DNA of 64,000 nt from Podarcis vaucheri (taxonomy: Eukaryota): NCBI GenBank assembly GCA_965113315.1, contig OZ220365.1; one strand, given 5' to 3'. How positions within the stretch are numbered: the first letter of the stretch is position 1; every line of letters starts with the position of its first letter. A program made the position numbers and the translations under genes. This document shows positions 39,758-52,095 of this stretch, in pieces. A model generated the notes under the pieces. The model had not been told where the DNA came from. It did not search any database and saw nothing but the letters and a program-made list of their open reading frames with translations.

Positions 39758-42322
39758 CATACTGACATACCAGCTAGGCTTGTAAAACTGAGATGATATC
39801 CTCCCCCCCCCAGACCACCACATATAAAATAGAATTAGTTGGAGGGTTGTGGTTTGTACCCAATAGGTGCCTGGGTAGAAAGGAACTTCTGCACTGGGTC
39901 CCCTTTTTCTAATGGATCATTTCCATCTTCCTCAGACTGATGACCTTGTTTCCTTAGAAAGAGGTGGATTTGGGCAAGACAACAGGTTCCACTGCACTGA
40001 GCACCAAGCCTAGGGGGAACCACAAGGTGTCACAACTATGACTTAGTGAATTGAGCAGAATGGAAGGTGAGAGGTGGGAGTGTACACCGAATTTTGGCCC
40101 TGCACAGAGCACCACTGAATTTTGAAAGACCAAAGTCCGCTCATTCCCAAGACCCTCAATCTCTGTGATAGCACTCTGACTTGGGAGTGGGAAAGCACTC
40201 TCGTGTCCCTAAGACCTCATCCAGCAACTTCACTGACTCTCTCTGGTTATCTTGACTCAACGAAACAAACTTGTGTCCTTAGTGCCAAGAGCTTACGGCA
40301 CTGAACACATACCACTTCTGTCCAGCAGGACACAATATACAGAATAGCTGCCACATTTCTACCTGCACATGTATTGTTGTTGTCTAATGAGTTTCTGGCT
40401 CCTTGCCCTACTGAAAAACTCACTTGTTACCTTGATCCTTTGCACTGGGGCAAGACACTTCCTCAGCTAAGAGTCCATCACTTCCACTAAAGACAGAGCC
40501 AACATTTGAATAACTAGTTTTATTATAAATATAGCCTTCTAAGTACTACAATGTTTTTACACAAAAACCAGGGTGCATGAAAGACATAGTCGACATTGTG
40601 GCTATTACTTATGCAGAGCCAGCTATCTCTGTGATGCATGCTAATTGTCTGCAAATATTTGAATACGAGAAAGAAAGATTACTTTACAACAATTCCAAAA
40701 GAAAATTATAATAATGGAACATTAAGGCTGCCACTGAGAGTCAGAAGCTGAATACTTAAGACTGCAACAAGTAACTGATAATACTTCCTAGACAAGGAGA
40801 TGTGGTGAAGGTGGTAGTAGTGGAATCATTTATTATATGCTCAGGCCTCAGGCCCGCCCCCGCCCCCCGCAAAAATGAAGTCAGCAAGCCTCACTGCAGC
40901 TAACAGCACTGAAAGCAACACCACTGTAATGCACTGCACAACATTCTTATTGCCTCCAGAAGCCCCTTTTTTCAATGTGAACAGTGGGAGTTAGTTTCAT
41001 CTGATCTGTAGATGAAACATGGGGCCATTAACAATTTTGCAGAACAATTTTGTGTGGATCTTTTCACAATGAGACAGATGTCAAGGAACTTCCAAATTCT
41101 AGAGTCAGTCTGGCTCCCTATTGTAAGAAGTCTTTGGGTGTCAAATGCTAATGCTCAGTGTTAAATATTGAGAGAGTATCTACCAAATGTGTGTATCCAG
41201 AAAAGTTTCACTGTTGAACTTCAGAAAGGAGTGTTTTGAGAAGAATTAGGAGGAGCAGTTTCTCCCCTTTTTTTCTTTCAGCCTTAGTATTCATCAAGTC
41301 CCAGGTGTTTCTGTTTCACAATTTGGACTCTACATAACACTTTTAACTTAGCACTTACTTGCGGTAAACTTGTTGTGTAGAGAAGACCCCTGAAACTTAA
41401 TTTGATTTCTGAGCAAGTTTGGAGTACATAGCTATCTATTAAACAAGGTCAGAAAGAATTCTGAACGGTATACCAAGTTATCCTGAAGTTTCTTTGTAAT
41501 GTTTACTATGTTTTTCAAGTTCTCGTGCACTGGAAGAGATGGAAAGGGAAGCTACGTCTGCCCTTTAATATTAAACCATGTAGCTGGGTGGGTAAACAGT
41601 GCGAGCAGAGATGGTACAGTGAATGCGCTTGGGAAGGGCTTGTACATAGCTCTGACATGGGAGAGTTATTAAATCTTCGACCCAGTCAATACAAATACAT
41701 TGAACCGATGATTAATCAGACTGGGGAGACAAAGGAAATAACAGTGTGAAAAGAGAATTCTGCACAAGGTTGCTGAACCAAAGAAATGTATCACAGAAAT
41801 CAACTACGCAGTGCCATTATTTCACAAAAGCTAGCAAAATGTTAGCAGTGCATACTTAAAGTATTGCCAGTGTGATAGAGGAGAATTTATGCTTAGATCA
41901 AATCTTTCTTTTGCACGTATTTGCATTCTTAGTCAGCAAGCTTGACTGCAAAAGTCTTCAAAAAGCAGAAATGCAGGAGAGCACAGCTTCATGTTCCTTT
42001 AAGGTTCCTAACTATCCAAAAGAAAACAGCGAACATGGAGAAGAGACAAGGGAATGAGAGGGAGGAACTAACTGGAGTTGGAGCAATGCTGCAATGCACA
42101 CAGTGTTTCCACAAAGACTAAAACAGCTTGAGGTATGAAGACTGAACAACGTGGACCAAAGCACATACCAGGGAAATTAATTGAAACAATAGATAAACTT
42201 GAATATGGCTGAAGAGAAGGGCAAGATACTCAAGGGGAAAGCAATTTCCAAGACCGAAGTGAAGATGCTAAGTGATGAGAAGCATGGCAAATCAAGTTTG
42301 TTGCACAGCATAGAAATGGTCT

Positions 42323-42674
42323 AGGGACATGGGTGGCGCTGTGGGTTAAACCACAGAGCCTAGGACTTGCCGATCAGAAGGTCGGCGGTTCGAATCCCTG
42401 TGATGGGGTGAGTTCCCATTGCTCGGTCCCTGCTCCTGCCAACCTAGCAGTTTGAAAGCACATCAAAGTGCAAGTAGATAAATAGGTACCACTCCAGCGG
42501 GAAGGTAAACGACGTTTCCGTGCACTGCTCTGGTTCACCAGAAGCGGTTTAGTCATGCTGGCCACATGACCCGGAAGCTGTACTCCGGCTCCTTCGGCCA
42601 ATAAAGCAAGATGAGCACCGCAACCCCAGAGTCGGTCACGACTGGACCTAATGGTCAGGGGTCCCTTTACCTTT
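42323..42674 (+). mobile_element. Sauria SINE, full length
   Basis: gggacatgggtggcgctgtggg head, B box ggttcgaatccc, cctttaccttt tail; perfect 13-bp TSD atagaaatggtct at 42310-42322 and 42675-42687. Confidence 0.95.
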
Positions 42675-44957
42675 ATAGAAATGGTCTTAGGAAACAAAGG
42701 GGCTTCATTTGGGGCATATTTGGAGCTTGAGTATCCCATGGAAAACTGTGGGGTGGCAATATAGTTCCAGGTGTAAAACAGAGGTGGGGAATACTATCCC
42801 TACTAACGACATGGCTCCTGTTGGAAATCAGTCATACACCTGAGCCATGAGGGACCAGTAGTTATTCGGACTAGTGTGGACTGAGTGATTTGAGCCTGTG
42901 CCCACAGAAACTAGTATGAACCTCCAAATGAGATGTTTCTCCAATGCAATTCAGCTCACCCAGGAATTGCATCTGATAAATTAACCATTTTCCACATGGA
43001 GAGAGTTTGGGATTTTCCAGGTTTCCCATTTGAGGGAATTCATAGTTTCACCACCATGACTTTCCCAGTCAGAGGCCATCTCTTATACTTTCCAATACTC
43101 CCACATGCACACATCTAAGCAGGTGTTTTTCCCATATCCATAGCAAGTAAATTATCCAAATATCCCAAAATAAAGGCCACCTGGGAGATAGAAGACCCAA
43201 GCAAAGGTCAGAAATGTTCCAACAGGAAATCAGGAACAGATTTTTTATAATCCTTTCCAGACCCCATTAAAAGCAATCAGCCATAGCCCAGAGTACTCCA
43301 TCACAAAAGCTGTTGGCTGAGTATGCTACCCTTCTGCCTGCCCAACTGTACTAAGGCAAGGTAGAAATAGAATTTTTGTAGGTCCCACTCATGTCTCTCA
43401 TTAGAATTCTCACAGGAGCCCATGGCCAAATCTCAGGTATTGTGAAACTACGGGCAACTACCACAAACCTCCCAATACAAAGCCTGATCACTGCAGCGTT
43501 TGTTTACCCTGTGGCTATGAGGATGCTGGATTCTAACTCCCATCAGCTTCTACCAGCATGACAAATGGGATTCAGGGATGCTGAGAGTTGAAGCCCAACA
43601 ATATATTGGGGAACAAAAGCTAGCCACCCTTGACCTACAGCAACACCTTCCCTCCCTGCAGACTTTACAAGAGCGTGTAGAAGAGGAGTCTTTTTTGCTA
43701 GAACCCATTTTTCTTCAAGAGCTATTTCTGCCTGCCATTAGGTGTGCATTCTGTTCTTCTTATTTGCCTTCTACTGATATGCAATTCTTGCCAAAACCCT
43801 TCCAAACAAATTGAAGGTTAGGTGACTTGTTTCTTTAATGTCATCAGTGCATTAAACATTTTCTCTCTGCAAAATGAATTCTTCATACCTATTCCGTGAA
43901 CATTAATTTAGTTGAATTTGATAGGGAGAGCACAGTGACATTGTTAAAGTTAACGACCCAGTGGTTTACAAGACAAGACACACATCACACCAAATTGATT
44001 GCATTAATTGTTTTATTGAGTAACATCAACAAGAATGTGTAGTTCCCAATGTCCTCGAGCAAAGGCTGTGTGATTCCATTAATAGTGAGAAGTGTGTCCA
44101 AATTCATTAGGTAAGTGGCACTTTTTTGTTTATGAAATCTGTAGATCTAAGTAACTAAAACTTTTAGCTTCAATACAATAAAAACATCACATTATTTATC
44201 TCGCATCTCATCTTGCACTGAAAGGCTCATATAACTCCTGCATGCAAATTTGCTTGCTGTGGCAAATAGAATTTCTGTGTAATCTTCCAAATCAGGAAAA
44301 CAAAGAGAAGCAAATACCACACTTCCTTAAATGAACTGAGGTGAATATTATGGATCCAAAGATGTATGTATGAACTCTGCTTATGCAAGGGTGTCTTACC
44401 AAATTATCCTATCCTGCTACAGCCTCCCATTCCACACTGTTCCAGCATATCCACCAACCATCAATAATAGCTTTGGGGAGTGCAAGATGAGTCAGGAAAG
44501 CTGCTTTGCACACAAGGAGCACCAACCATATCAGAATGGAGAGAAGGCAACACAGGAGCACAGGATCAGGCCCACAGTAAAGAATAATCCAGATTTATTT
44601 ATTAAATGTTTTATATCCCATCCTTCCCCCAGTCTGAATCACAGGGCAGTTTTACAACAATACTATATAAAACACAGCACAACAGTAAAATATATTTCAA
44701 AGCAATGGTTTTTTAATAAAAATAAAAAAACCAATAATTATTGTCGCAGCTGATAATGTGCAAAATCACAGCATGGGAATACCTTTATCAAGATCCAGAC
44801 ACATGATTTATAGCACACCAATATAATACAGATTCAGTATCTGATTCCTTATTACTTCTTTGGTGTGCCACTGCATGAATATAGCCTGCTAGCAGACAGA
44901 AAAAATGAGGAAGTAAAGTATAGTATTGGATAGCAATTCTCAGAGCTCATATACACC

Positions 44958-45200
44958 AAGGATCAATAACCTGTTGACCTCCAGATGTTGTTGGACTCCA
45001 TTCCTAGCAGCCTCTGCTAACATGGCCTGCTAACATGGCCAATGGTCAGGGGTAGAAGTTATTGGGAATCGAGGTGTGGAGAACCTTTTGAACTCAAGAT
45101 GTTGCGAAACTACAACTCCCATGAGCCCCAACAAGCACGGCTAATGACCAGGGGTGATAAGAGTTACAGCATCTGGAATACCAGAAGTTCCACACACCTC
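44958..45200. mobile_element. Two adjacent MITE family B-like copies
   Basis: ctccagatgttgttggactcc and gatgttgcgaaactacaactcccat motifs; 13-bp duplication ctgctaacatggc. Confidence 0.6.
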
Positions 45201-46049
45201 TTGTAGTCCAGCAACACTGGGAGGCCCCCAGGTTCCCTGGCTCTGAAATGTACAAATACATGTTTACACAAATGTATGTCAAGCACATTTAAAATGCCCC
45301 CTTTGCTAAGTAAACTGAGGAAACCATGCTTGTAAAATTCCATTCACCACAATGCATAATTTATAGCCCAGCGGTCACAAATTTTGACTTCCCCGGCACT
45401 TGTCAACCTCCCTGTCTATGCAATCCAAGGCACACAATAGAAGCAAGTTTTATCAAGCCCCTGGTGGGCTGTCATGCCAACGCAACTGGCAAGTCCATAG
45501 CCTGTTGCATGTCTTCTATAATACCTATATAAAGAGGCCAGAAGAGGTGTATCCATATAGAAGTCTGCCACACTTCCCTGCTCCCACTGCATTCCACTTC
45601 TCTTTTGTGCTCAGCCAGAAATTGATTCCTGTGCCTGCAACTTTCAATGATGCAGCAGAGTTTGGAGACAATTCCAAGAAAAAGAGAGATCATTTCAGAA
45701 AAGGATCGCAAACAGGAAATGTGCTGGCTGAATAGCAAGCCTCAGCTTGTGAACTAAAAATCCATCTCAGATAATTGACATTTATTTGATTGAAACAGCA
45801 GGGTGCCCTCCATCACCATGGGAGGAGACCATATGGAAGAACAGTAAGAGTGGAGATAATGTCTGTCTGCTGAGTGTGTCAATGTGTTTAGAGATTATTC
45901 ACAGGGCTCTAGGGATTCCTGTATGGTAATGTTTCAGCTAAATTGGAATCAGATTAATTGCTCTAATCTAATTGAACGACAATGTTTATCAAATTATTGC
46001 TCATTCACCACATGATATTGCAGAGTCATTATTCTTTGAGTTGAAATAA

Positions 46050-46076
46050 ATAATAATAATAATAATAATAATAATG
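46050..46076. repeat. (AAT)n microsatellite
   Basis: Directly visible. Confidence 0.9.
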
Positions 46077-47132
46077 AAAAAGATCTCTTGTCGTGCATCT
46101 GCTCAAGAGCTCTGAAAGATTGCTGAGCCCTACGCATGAGTGTTAATGTAGTTTATAACTCTATGAGGTAACAAATAAATTAGAGGCAAAAGGTTTACAG
46201 ATGATAAATCTGCTGTCTTTCTGTGAAAATGCTTCTTGTTGCATAATGCAGCCCTAAGTTAATTAAACTGTTTTTGCAGAGCCGAGTTTCATTTCATTTT
46301 AAGTAAAGAATATTTCTTCTCAGAAAATTAAATGTTATTTTTTTGCAGCAAGCAGCATAAAAAAACTAAATTAAAAAGGCACATTTTAGTTCTGCTACAT
46401 TTAGTTTTATTCTGCTTTAATTTTCCTCCCCCCACCAAATGATACTTTCAAATTTTATTTTGTAAATTACTTTGTAGATAAATGTTGTTATAATTTTCCT
46501 GGAAACCTTCATTTAATTCCTGTGTCAGGTAGATTAAGAATCATGTAGCTGGCTGGGGTCGGTTGCTAATGACTTTAACATCTGGTCCTATGTAACACAG
46601 TATCAGAAGAGAAATAAACATCACCTCTCTGAAGCTGCTGTTGGTATTTCAACAGAAGCCTCTGTTGGGGCCAATTGGAGCTTGCAAATAGCAGTTTAAG
46701 AGAGGCAGGAACACTCTCCAGTACCCATTATCCCAAGGCTGTTCTGGTCTCCCTGTAGTTGCTATTTCCTACACTTTCTTTTTTAATGCACATGAATTGT
46801 ATTCATGCAATAGACATCATATCAAGTTTGCACTAGTTCAGCTCACAGATAACAGGAAAACATTGACATGTTTAGGATGTTTAAGGATTTGATGCCTCAG
46901 TCTGTGTTCAATGGCAATCAGGAAGGATGGTCTTTCCCTACACTTTGAGATGTGTGTCAGAGCCTGAGTGGAAGAAAAATGTCTTGGGGGAAGAGGTTGC
47001 AAGATGAAAACAGCAACCAGAGGCAAGGTTCAGGCAAACCACTTCTGCAATGGGGATTGACTCCACTGCCTTAAAGTGATGGTCAGCATTCAAAGACGTG
47101 GTTCATAGGCTGTCAAGTTTGACCCTCTGGTA

Positions 47133-47485
47133 CAGTGGTGCCTCGCAAGACGAAATTAATTCGTTCCGCGAGTTTCTTCGTCTAGCGAATTTTTCGTCTT
47201 GCGAAGCACGGTGTCGGAAAAGTTTTGGAAAAGCTTCAAAAATCACCAAAAACCTCAAAAAAGGCTACCACACTGCGTTCTATGAGTTGCTCCTCGAAGT
47301 CAAGTCGCAACTGTATTAACAGTGTTAAGAAAAAGGAAACAAACTTGAAAAAACACAAGACGTTTTCGTCTTGCGAAGCAAGCCCATAGGGAAATTCGTC
47401 TTGCGAAGCAGCTCAAATACCGCAAAACCCTTTCGTCTAGCGAGATTTTCGTCTTGCGAGGCATTCGTCTTGCAGGGCACCACTG
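47133..47485. mobile_element. Young Tigger/pogo-like MITE, 353 bp
   Basis: TIRs cagtggtgcctcgcaagacgaa / ttcgtcttgcagggcaccactg; TA TSD; CpG-rich. Confidence 0.92.
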
Positions 47486-47772
47486 TATTCAAGATCAACA
47501 GGAAGCCCAAGCAAAACTATCCTTTCCCCCACCCTCTTTAATCACCAACACCTACCACTTAGTGAGTATTGAGTCCGATTGTATTCTTAAACATAGCTAA
47601 CTTTGTCTCCTGCCCTGAAAATGTATCCCCCACCCCAGATGTTACACGTGAAAAGGATGTTTTCATTTATTTTGCCCTCTGAGTCACAGAAAGCCTCTTC
47701 CACTCATGAAACTATTGTTTCCAATCTAGCAGAAGAGTGTTGCATGAGAGAAAACTCACCAGCTTTACACAG

Positions 47773-47826
47773 AGATGCTAGGGATTGAACCTGAGAGCTT
47801 TTGTATGCAAAGCAGATGCTCTATCT
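47773..47826 (-). mobile_element. tRNA-derived SINE head fragment
   Basis: gggattgaacctg...atgcaaagcagatgctcta is the reverse of the head at 54029. Confidence 0.55.
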
Positions 47827-47907
47827 TCACAGGAATACTTGTACAATAACTTCTAAAATGTGCAGGGGGGGTTTCAATAACTTTTGACTGCCCACTAAAG
47901 TGGGTAG

Positions 47908-48015
47908 TTTGACCAAACTGTGGGACTCAGTGGAAGACAGGAGTGCCTGGCGTGCTGTGGTCCATGGAGTCATGAAGAGTTGGACACGACTAAACAACTA
48001 AACAACAACAACAAC
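47908..48015 (+). mobile_element. RTE-BovB LINE 3' end (heavily 5'-truncated)
   Basis: gacaggagtgcctggcgtgctgtggtccatggagtcatgaagagttggacacgact plus (aac)n tail; 11-bp TSD aaagtgggtag at 47897-47907 and 48016-48026. Confidence 0.9.
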
Positions 48016-48118
48016 AAAGTGGGTAGGCCATAGTCAAAATCTGTCTTACTCACCATGTTTCTTGTACTGTGATGCAACCCCCGATACATTGTGGCACTTC
48101 ACTACAAGGAGCCTTCTA

Positions 48119-48332
48119 TAGTCACACTTCGAGTTACAGACGCTTCAGGTTGCGTTTCTTCGGGTTATGGACCCACCGAAACCCGAAAGTACCAGAATGG
48201 GTTACTTCCAGGTTTCGGGGGTCGTGCATGCGCAGAAGTGCTGAATCGCAACCTGCGTGTGCACAGAGGCGCCGCTGTGGGTTGTGAAGGTGCATCCTGC
48301 ATGGATCACGTTCGCAACCCGAGCATCCACTG
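48119..48332. mobile_element. Tigger-like MITE, third family, left TIR decayed
   Basis: Right end gcaacccgagcatccactg+ta; subterminal gttacagacgcttcaggtt shared with the 16924 family; CpG-rich. Confidence 0.7.
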
Positions 48333-48513
48333 TACTTACTAGTGCTTGTGCAAGTGTTCAGAGAAGAGCACCAATATACAGTATTTCGGTCTTCCACTCA
48401 TGGTGCTTCATATCTTAGTCACTGAAAAAGGAGTTTGCCTGAGGGGTACCAAGCAAAGGTTAAAAGTTAGGAGGGCTTGCTTTCAAAGACCATTCAGAAA
48501 TGGTCTTTGAAAG

Positions 48514-48653
48514 CAAGTGGTGAGGAATTTGTGACCCTCCAAATGTTGTTGGACTCCAGTTTCCATTATCCCTGACAATTGGCCATGCTGGCTGGGGCTG
48601 GTGGTTATTTGGAGATCAACAACCTCTGGAGGGCCACAGATTTCCCCATCCCT
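48514..48653. mobile_element. Palindromic MITE family B
   Basis: ccctccaaatgttgttggactcc...ttggccatgctggctggggctg...tggagggccacagatttcccc. Confidence 0.65.
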
Positions 48654-50396
48654 ACCCTAAGAAACTTCTCTGCCTTTAGAGCAGTAGGTAATAGTGTCAA
48701 GATCTGTTTGGGAGGGATTCATGGTGTGCGTTTAATTTGCATTTATCATTTTTATGATGCACTCAGTTAACTTAAATATCTCATTTAAATACATTTTATT
48801 ATTCATATTCTTTACACTCTTCACTGCAGTTATTTGGAAATGATTCAGAGTGGCTGCGGTAATATCTAGAGAATCATAACAGATGGCAGCATTGGGAAAA
48901 CACACAGGAAGCCCATTTGTAGGCGGAATATATAGCTTAATCTATTGTCAACACAGAAAAAGGAAACATTCTGCTGTGTAGGTGACTTTGTCAGGCATCA
49001 AATTAAAAGATTTGCAAACTAACATCAGAAGTGGCCTTTCTGAAGGAAGGGATTACTTGAATCTTATTACTTACTTTAAATTACTTTTAGCGTTAGAAAT
49101 GCACAGCAAGCTTTTCAGACTTGTGAAGCAGTAAAGGGTAGTCTCTGATGCAACAAGCCTTAAGCTCAATTCTGATTTCAGATCAAACAAGCACATCACC
49201 ACGTAGGATGGCGGCAGCCACCTTTGGGATCAAGCCTTAAAATGCCACTGACAGGATATGACACAACACAGCTTTATCTTGTTTTCAAATGAAGGTCAGT
49301 TGCTACAGCTCTAGCTCCAACATTACTAAATTTAGCCCTTGATAAAGACTACAACTGCCCTGTTGTCTTTGGGGGGGGGGATTACAGTACTGGTCTTTCT
49401 TAGCCAATCATATCCATTGGAGGAGAGGAAATGGAGTGATAGATTGTTAAGGATATTAACAGCTTCCCTTTGGTTCAGCAGCTTCCTGTATACTAAGGCA
49501 ACAGCCCCCAGACTCAAGAATCCTCAACTGACTTAGTTCACATACAAAACAATTCTATTCATCTATACTCAGAAGTAAATCATGCATTCTTCAATGGGAA
49601 CTGCTCCCATGTAAACAGAGATAGGTCAGAAGGAATACCTTCCTCAGCACACCTTTATGAGCAGGTGAGAAATGCTTCTTCATGTCCACACCTGGGAAGA
49701 GGAAAGTAAGTACAGCATAGGATAATGTACAACCCTACTCTCAACTGCATGAACTTTCTTTATAAATTTTGTATATTTAACTTCTCTTATATAACAGACA
49801 ATGACACAATGTATTAAAAGTTTGCTTTGTTTCTTTTTTAAAAAGGCTGCAATATGTATGTATTTTCAGTTTTGCTATAATTTCCTTTTTCAAAAATAAA
49901 ACTTAACCAGTGCTGTGTCTTGGGAAATATAACATCTCAACTGAACTGAAAGATTCCATATAGCTATTCCAATCCATCTGCTAAAAATATATTGGTACCT
50001 ATGTTTTTTTAAAGTCCATCTCATCATTAAACCAGCAAGATGGCTCTAATCCCATTCTATGCACATGACTATACATTATAATTTGGTTATATTAAGATGT
50101 AACTCATGTTCAAATACGATAGTACAAAGCATTCCAAGTCTGAATACTGTAAACTGAAGCATGCAGGTGAAAGGCTAAAGCTATGTGGGAAAAGTATGGG
50201 AAACAGCAATAAATAAAATATGCTATGATCTTGTCTATTAAATTTTGAGTTTAACCCTATTATTTACAGCTGTATTGACAAGCCCCTGAAAACAATGTTC
50301 TAGGAAACCCTCCTGCCAGGATACTGAACCACTGACCTCAACTGGGAACAATCTGGGAAAATTCAGCTTATATCCTATGTTAAACTCACCATTATA

Positions 50397-50638
50397 CAGT
50401 GGTACCTCAGGTTAAGATTTTAATTTGCTCTGGAGGTCCATTCTTAACTTGAAACTGTTCTTAACCTGAGGTCCCACTTTAGCTAATGGGGCCTCCTGCT
50501 GCCACCACACCGCCGGAGCACGATATCTGTTCTCATCCTGAAGCAAAGTTCTTAACCTGAGGTACTATTTCTGGGTTAGCAGAGTCTGTAACCTGAAGTG
50601 TCTGTAACCTGAAGTCTCTGCAACCCAAGGTACCACTG
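50397..50638. mobile_element. Tigger/pogo-like MITE, 242 bp, opposite orientation to 16924-17149
   Basis: TIRs cagtggtacctcaggtt / aacccaaggtaccactg; TA TSD; internal sequence is the reverse complement of the 16924 copy. Confidence 0.92.
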
Positions 50639-51632
50639 TAATTCAAAAAGGAAGACACCTGTATTTTCTGCGTCTGTGTCTCTCGTGTGGAGTAAAATAA
50701 ATAAATGAAAGAAAACCTGTTTTTGAATTGATTTGCCCTTTGTCACTGCCACAGATATGTTTTCCAAGTTATGACAGGTAGTTGTAATTCTATTAACAGC
50801 TCATCAACTTCCCTCTGAAATCGATCTATGTTGAGTTAGCTGAGTCTTCTTAAAGGGGCTGATTTATAGCTTCTGCCAGTTTTAAAGGGCGGGGGGAGAA
50901 AGCAGCACTTCTGCCTCCACTGTAATCAAAGCGCCCAAACAATGTCTGCAAATGAATAACTTTTAGCCCTTACTGCAGGTTGTCTTAGTGGCAGGTGAGC
51001 TATGACCTAGGGCTGGCAGTTTTGCTGAGAGGCCTGCTGATGCTGGCATGTATAAATGATTGTCAATTTCCTTTATTAATTTATCTTGCCATCTCATGTA
51101 TAAATGAGAAGATTTCATTCCCCACCAACACCTTAAACGTCTCCAGCATCAATCTACTATGTTTGCCTAATTTGCAATTTTGCACCATGCTGCACAAGCA
51201 GTCAGATATGGAGAACTGCAGAAAATACATTTCGATGCCTGTCCTTTCATGCATATTGTAAATGGGGGCACACAGGTGAATTTTCAGTTGACAGCACTTT
51301 AGTTAAGGTCATGGAAAGAGGTTATCATAATACTTCTTTTTATTGAGTGACATCAAGAGGAGGGTAATGAATCACAGTGATGCAAAAGCCAACCCTGAAT
51401 TTTAAGAAGTAGCTACTTGTGTTGCATTAATTAATTAATTTTCAAGCAAATTGTTCAGCTTTTTTTTTAAAGACAGTAGGCAATTTATTCATCTCATCTT
51501 TGCTGATAAAATATTCAAAATACTAATCTTAACTTCACCAACCAAACCTACAGGTTGCACATCCAGTGCAAAGTATCATTTGATCCTTAGATACTCATAC
51601 ATCTGCAGGGTCTAGAATGATTTAAAAGTGGA

Positions 51633-52008
51633 TCATAGAATCAGAGTTGGAATAGACCACAAGGGCCATCGAGTCCAACCCCCTGCCAAGCAGGAAACAC
51701 CATCAGAGCACTCCTGACATATGGTTGTCAAGCCTCTGCTTAAAGACCTCCAAAGAAGGAGACTCCACCACACTCCTTGGCAACAAATTCCACTGTCGAA
51801 CAGCTCTTACTGTCAGGAAGTTCTTCCTAATGTTTAGGTGGAATCTTCTTTCTTGTAGTTTGGGTCTATTGCTCCGTGTCCGCTTCTCTGGAGCAGCAGA
51901 AAACAACCTTTCTCCCTCCTCTATATGACATCCTTTTATATATTTGAACATGGCTATCATATCACCCCTTAACCTCCTCTTCTCCAGGCTAAACATGCCC
52001 AGCTCCCT
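51633..52008 (-). mobile_element. Young 5'-truncated CR1 LINE (ORF2 C-terminus and 3' UTR)
   Basis: Uninterrupted ORF 51703-51996 MFSLEKRRLRGDMIAMFKY...RKNFLTVRAVRQWNLLPRSVVESPSLEVFKQRLD; attctatg tail; possible gtgga TSD. Confidence 0.95.
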
Positions 52009-52044
52009 GTGTGGAGTACTGTGTGTTGAGATTTTTGTATTTAA

Positions 52045-52095
52045 GGGACTAGATGGCCCTCAAAGTCCCTTCCAATTCTACAATTCTATGATTCC
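52045..52095 (+). mobile_element. CR1-type 3' tail (CR1 or CR1-tailed SINE remnant)
   Basis: ggactagatggccctcaaagtcccttccaattctacaattctatgattc. Confidence 0.7.

Noticed and set aside
40850-40872. GC-box cluster as a promoter
   Set aside because: Only about 20 bp of low-complexity C-run with no CpG island.
41940-42310. Purine-rich, coding-looking stretch (possible pseudogene or viral relic)
   Set aside because: Frames are short and I recognise no motif; blastx would be needed.
47133-47485. Repeat-spacer pattern suggestive of CRISPR
   Set aside because: Eukaryotic context, 12-bp units with irregular spacing, enclosed by TIRs and a TA TSD.
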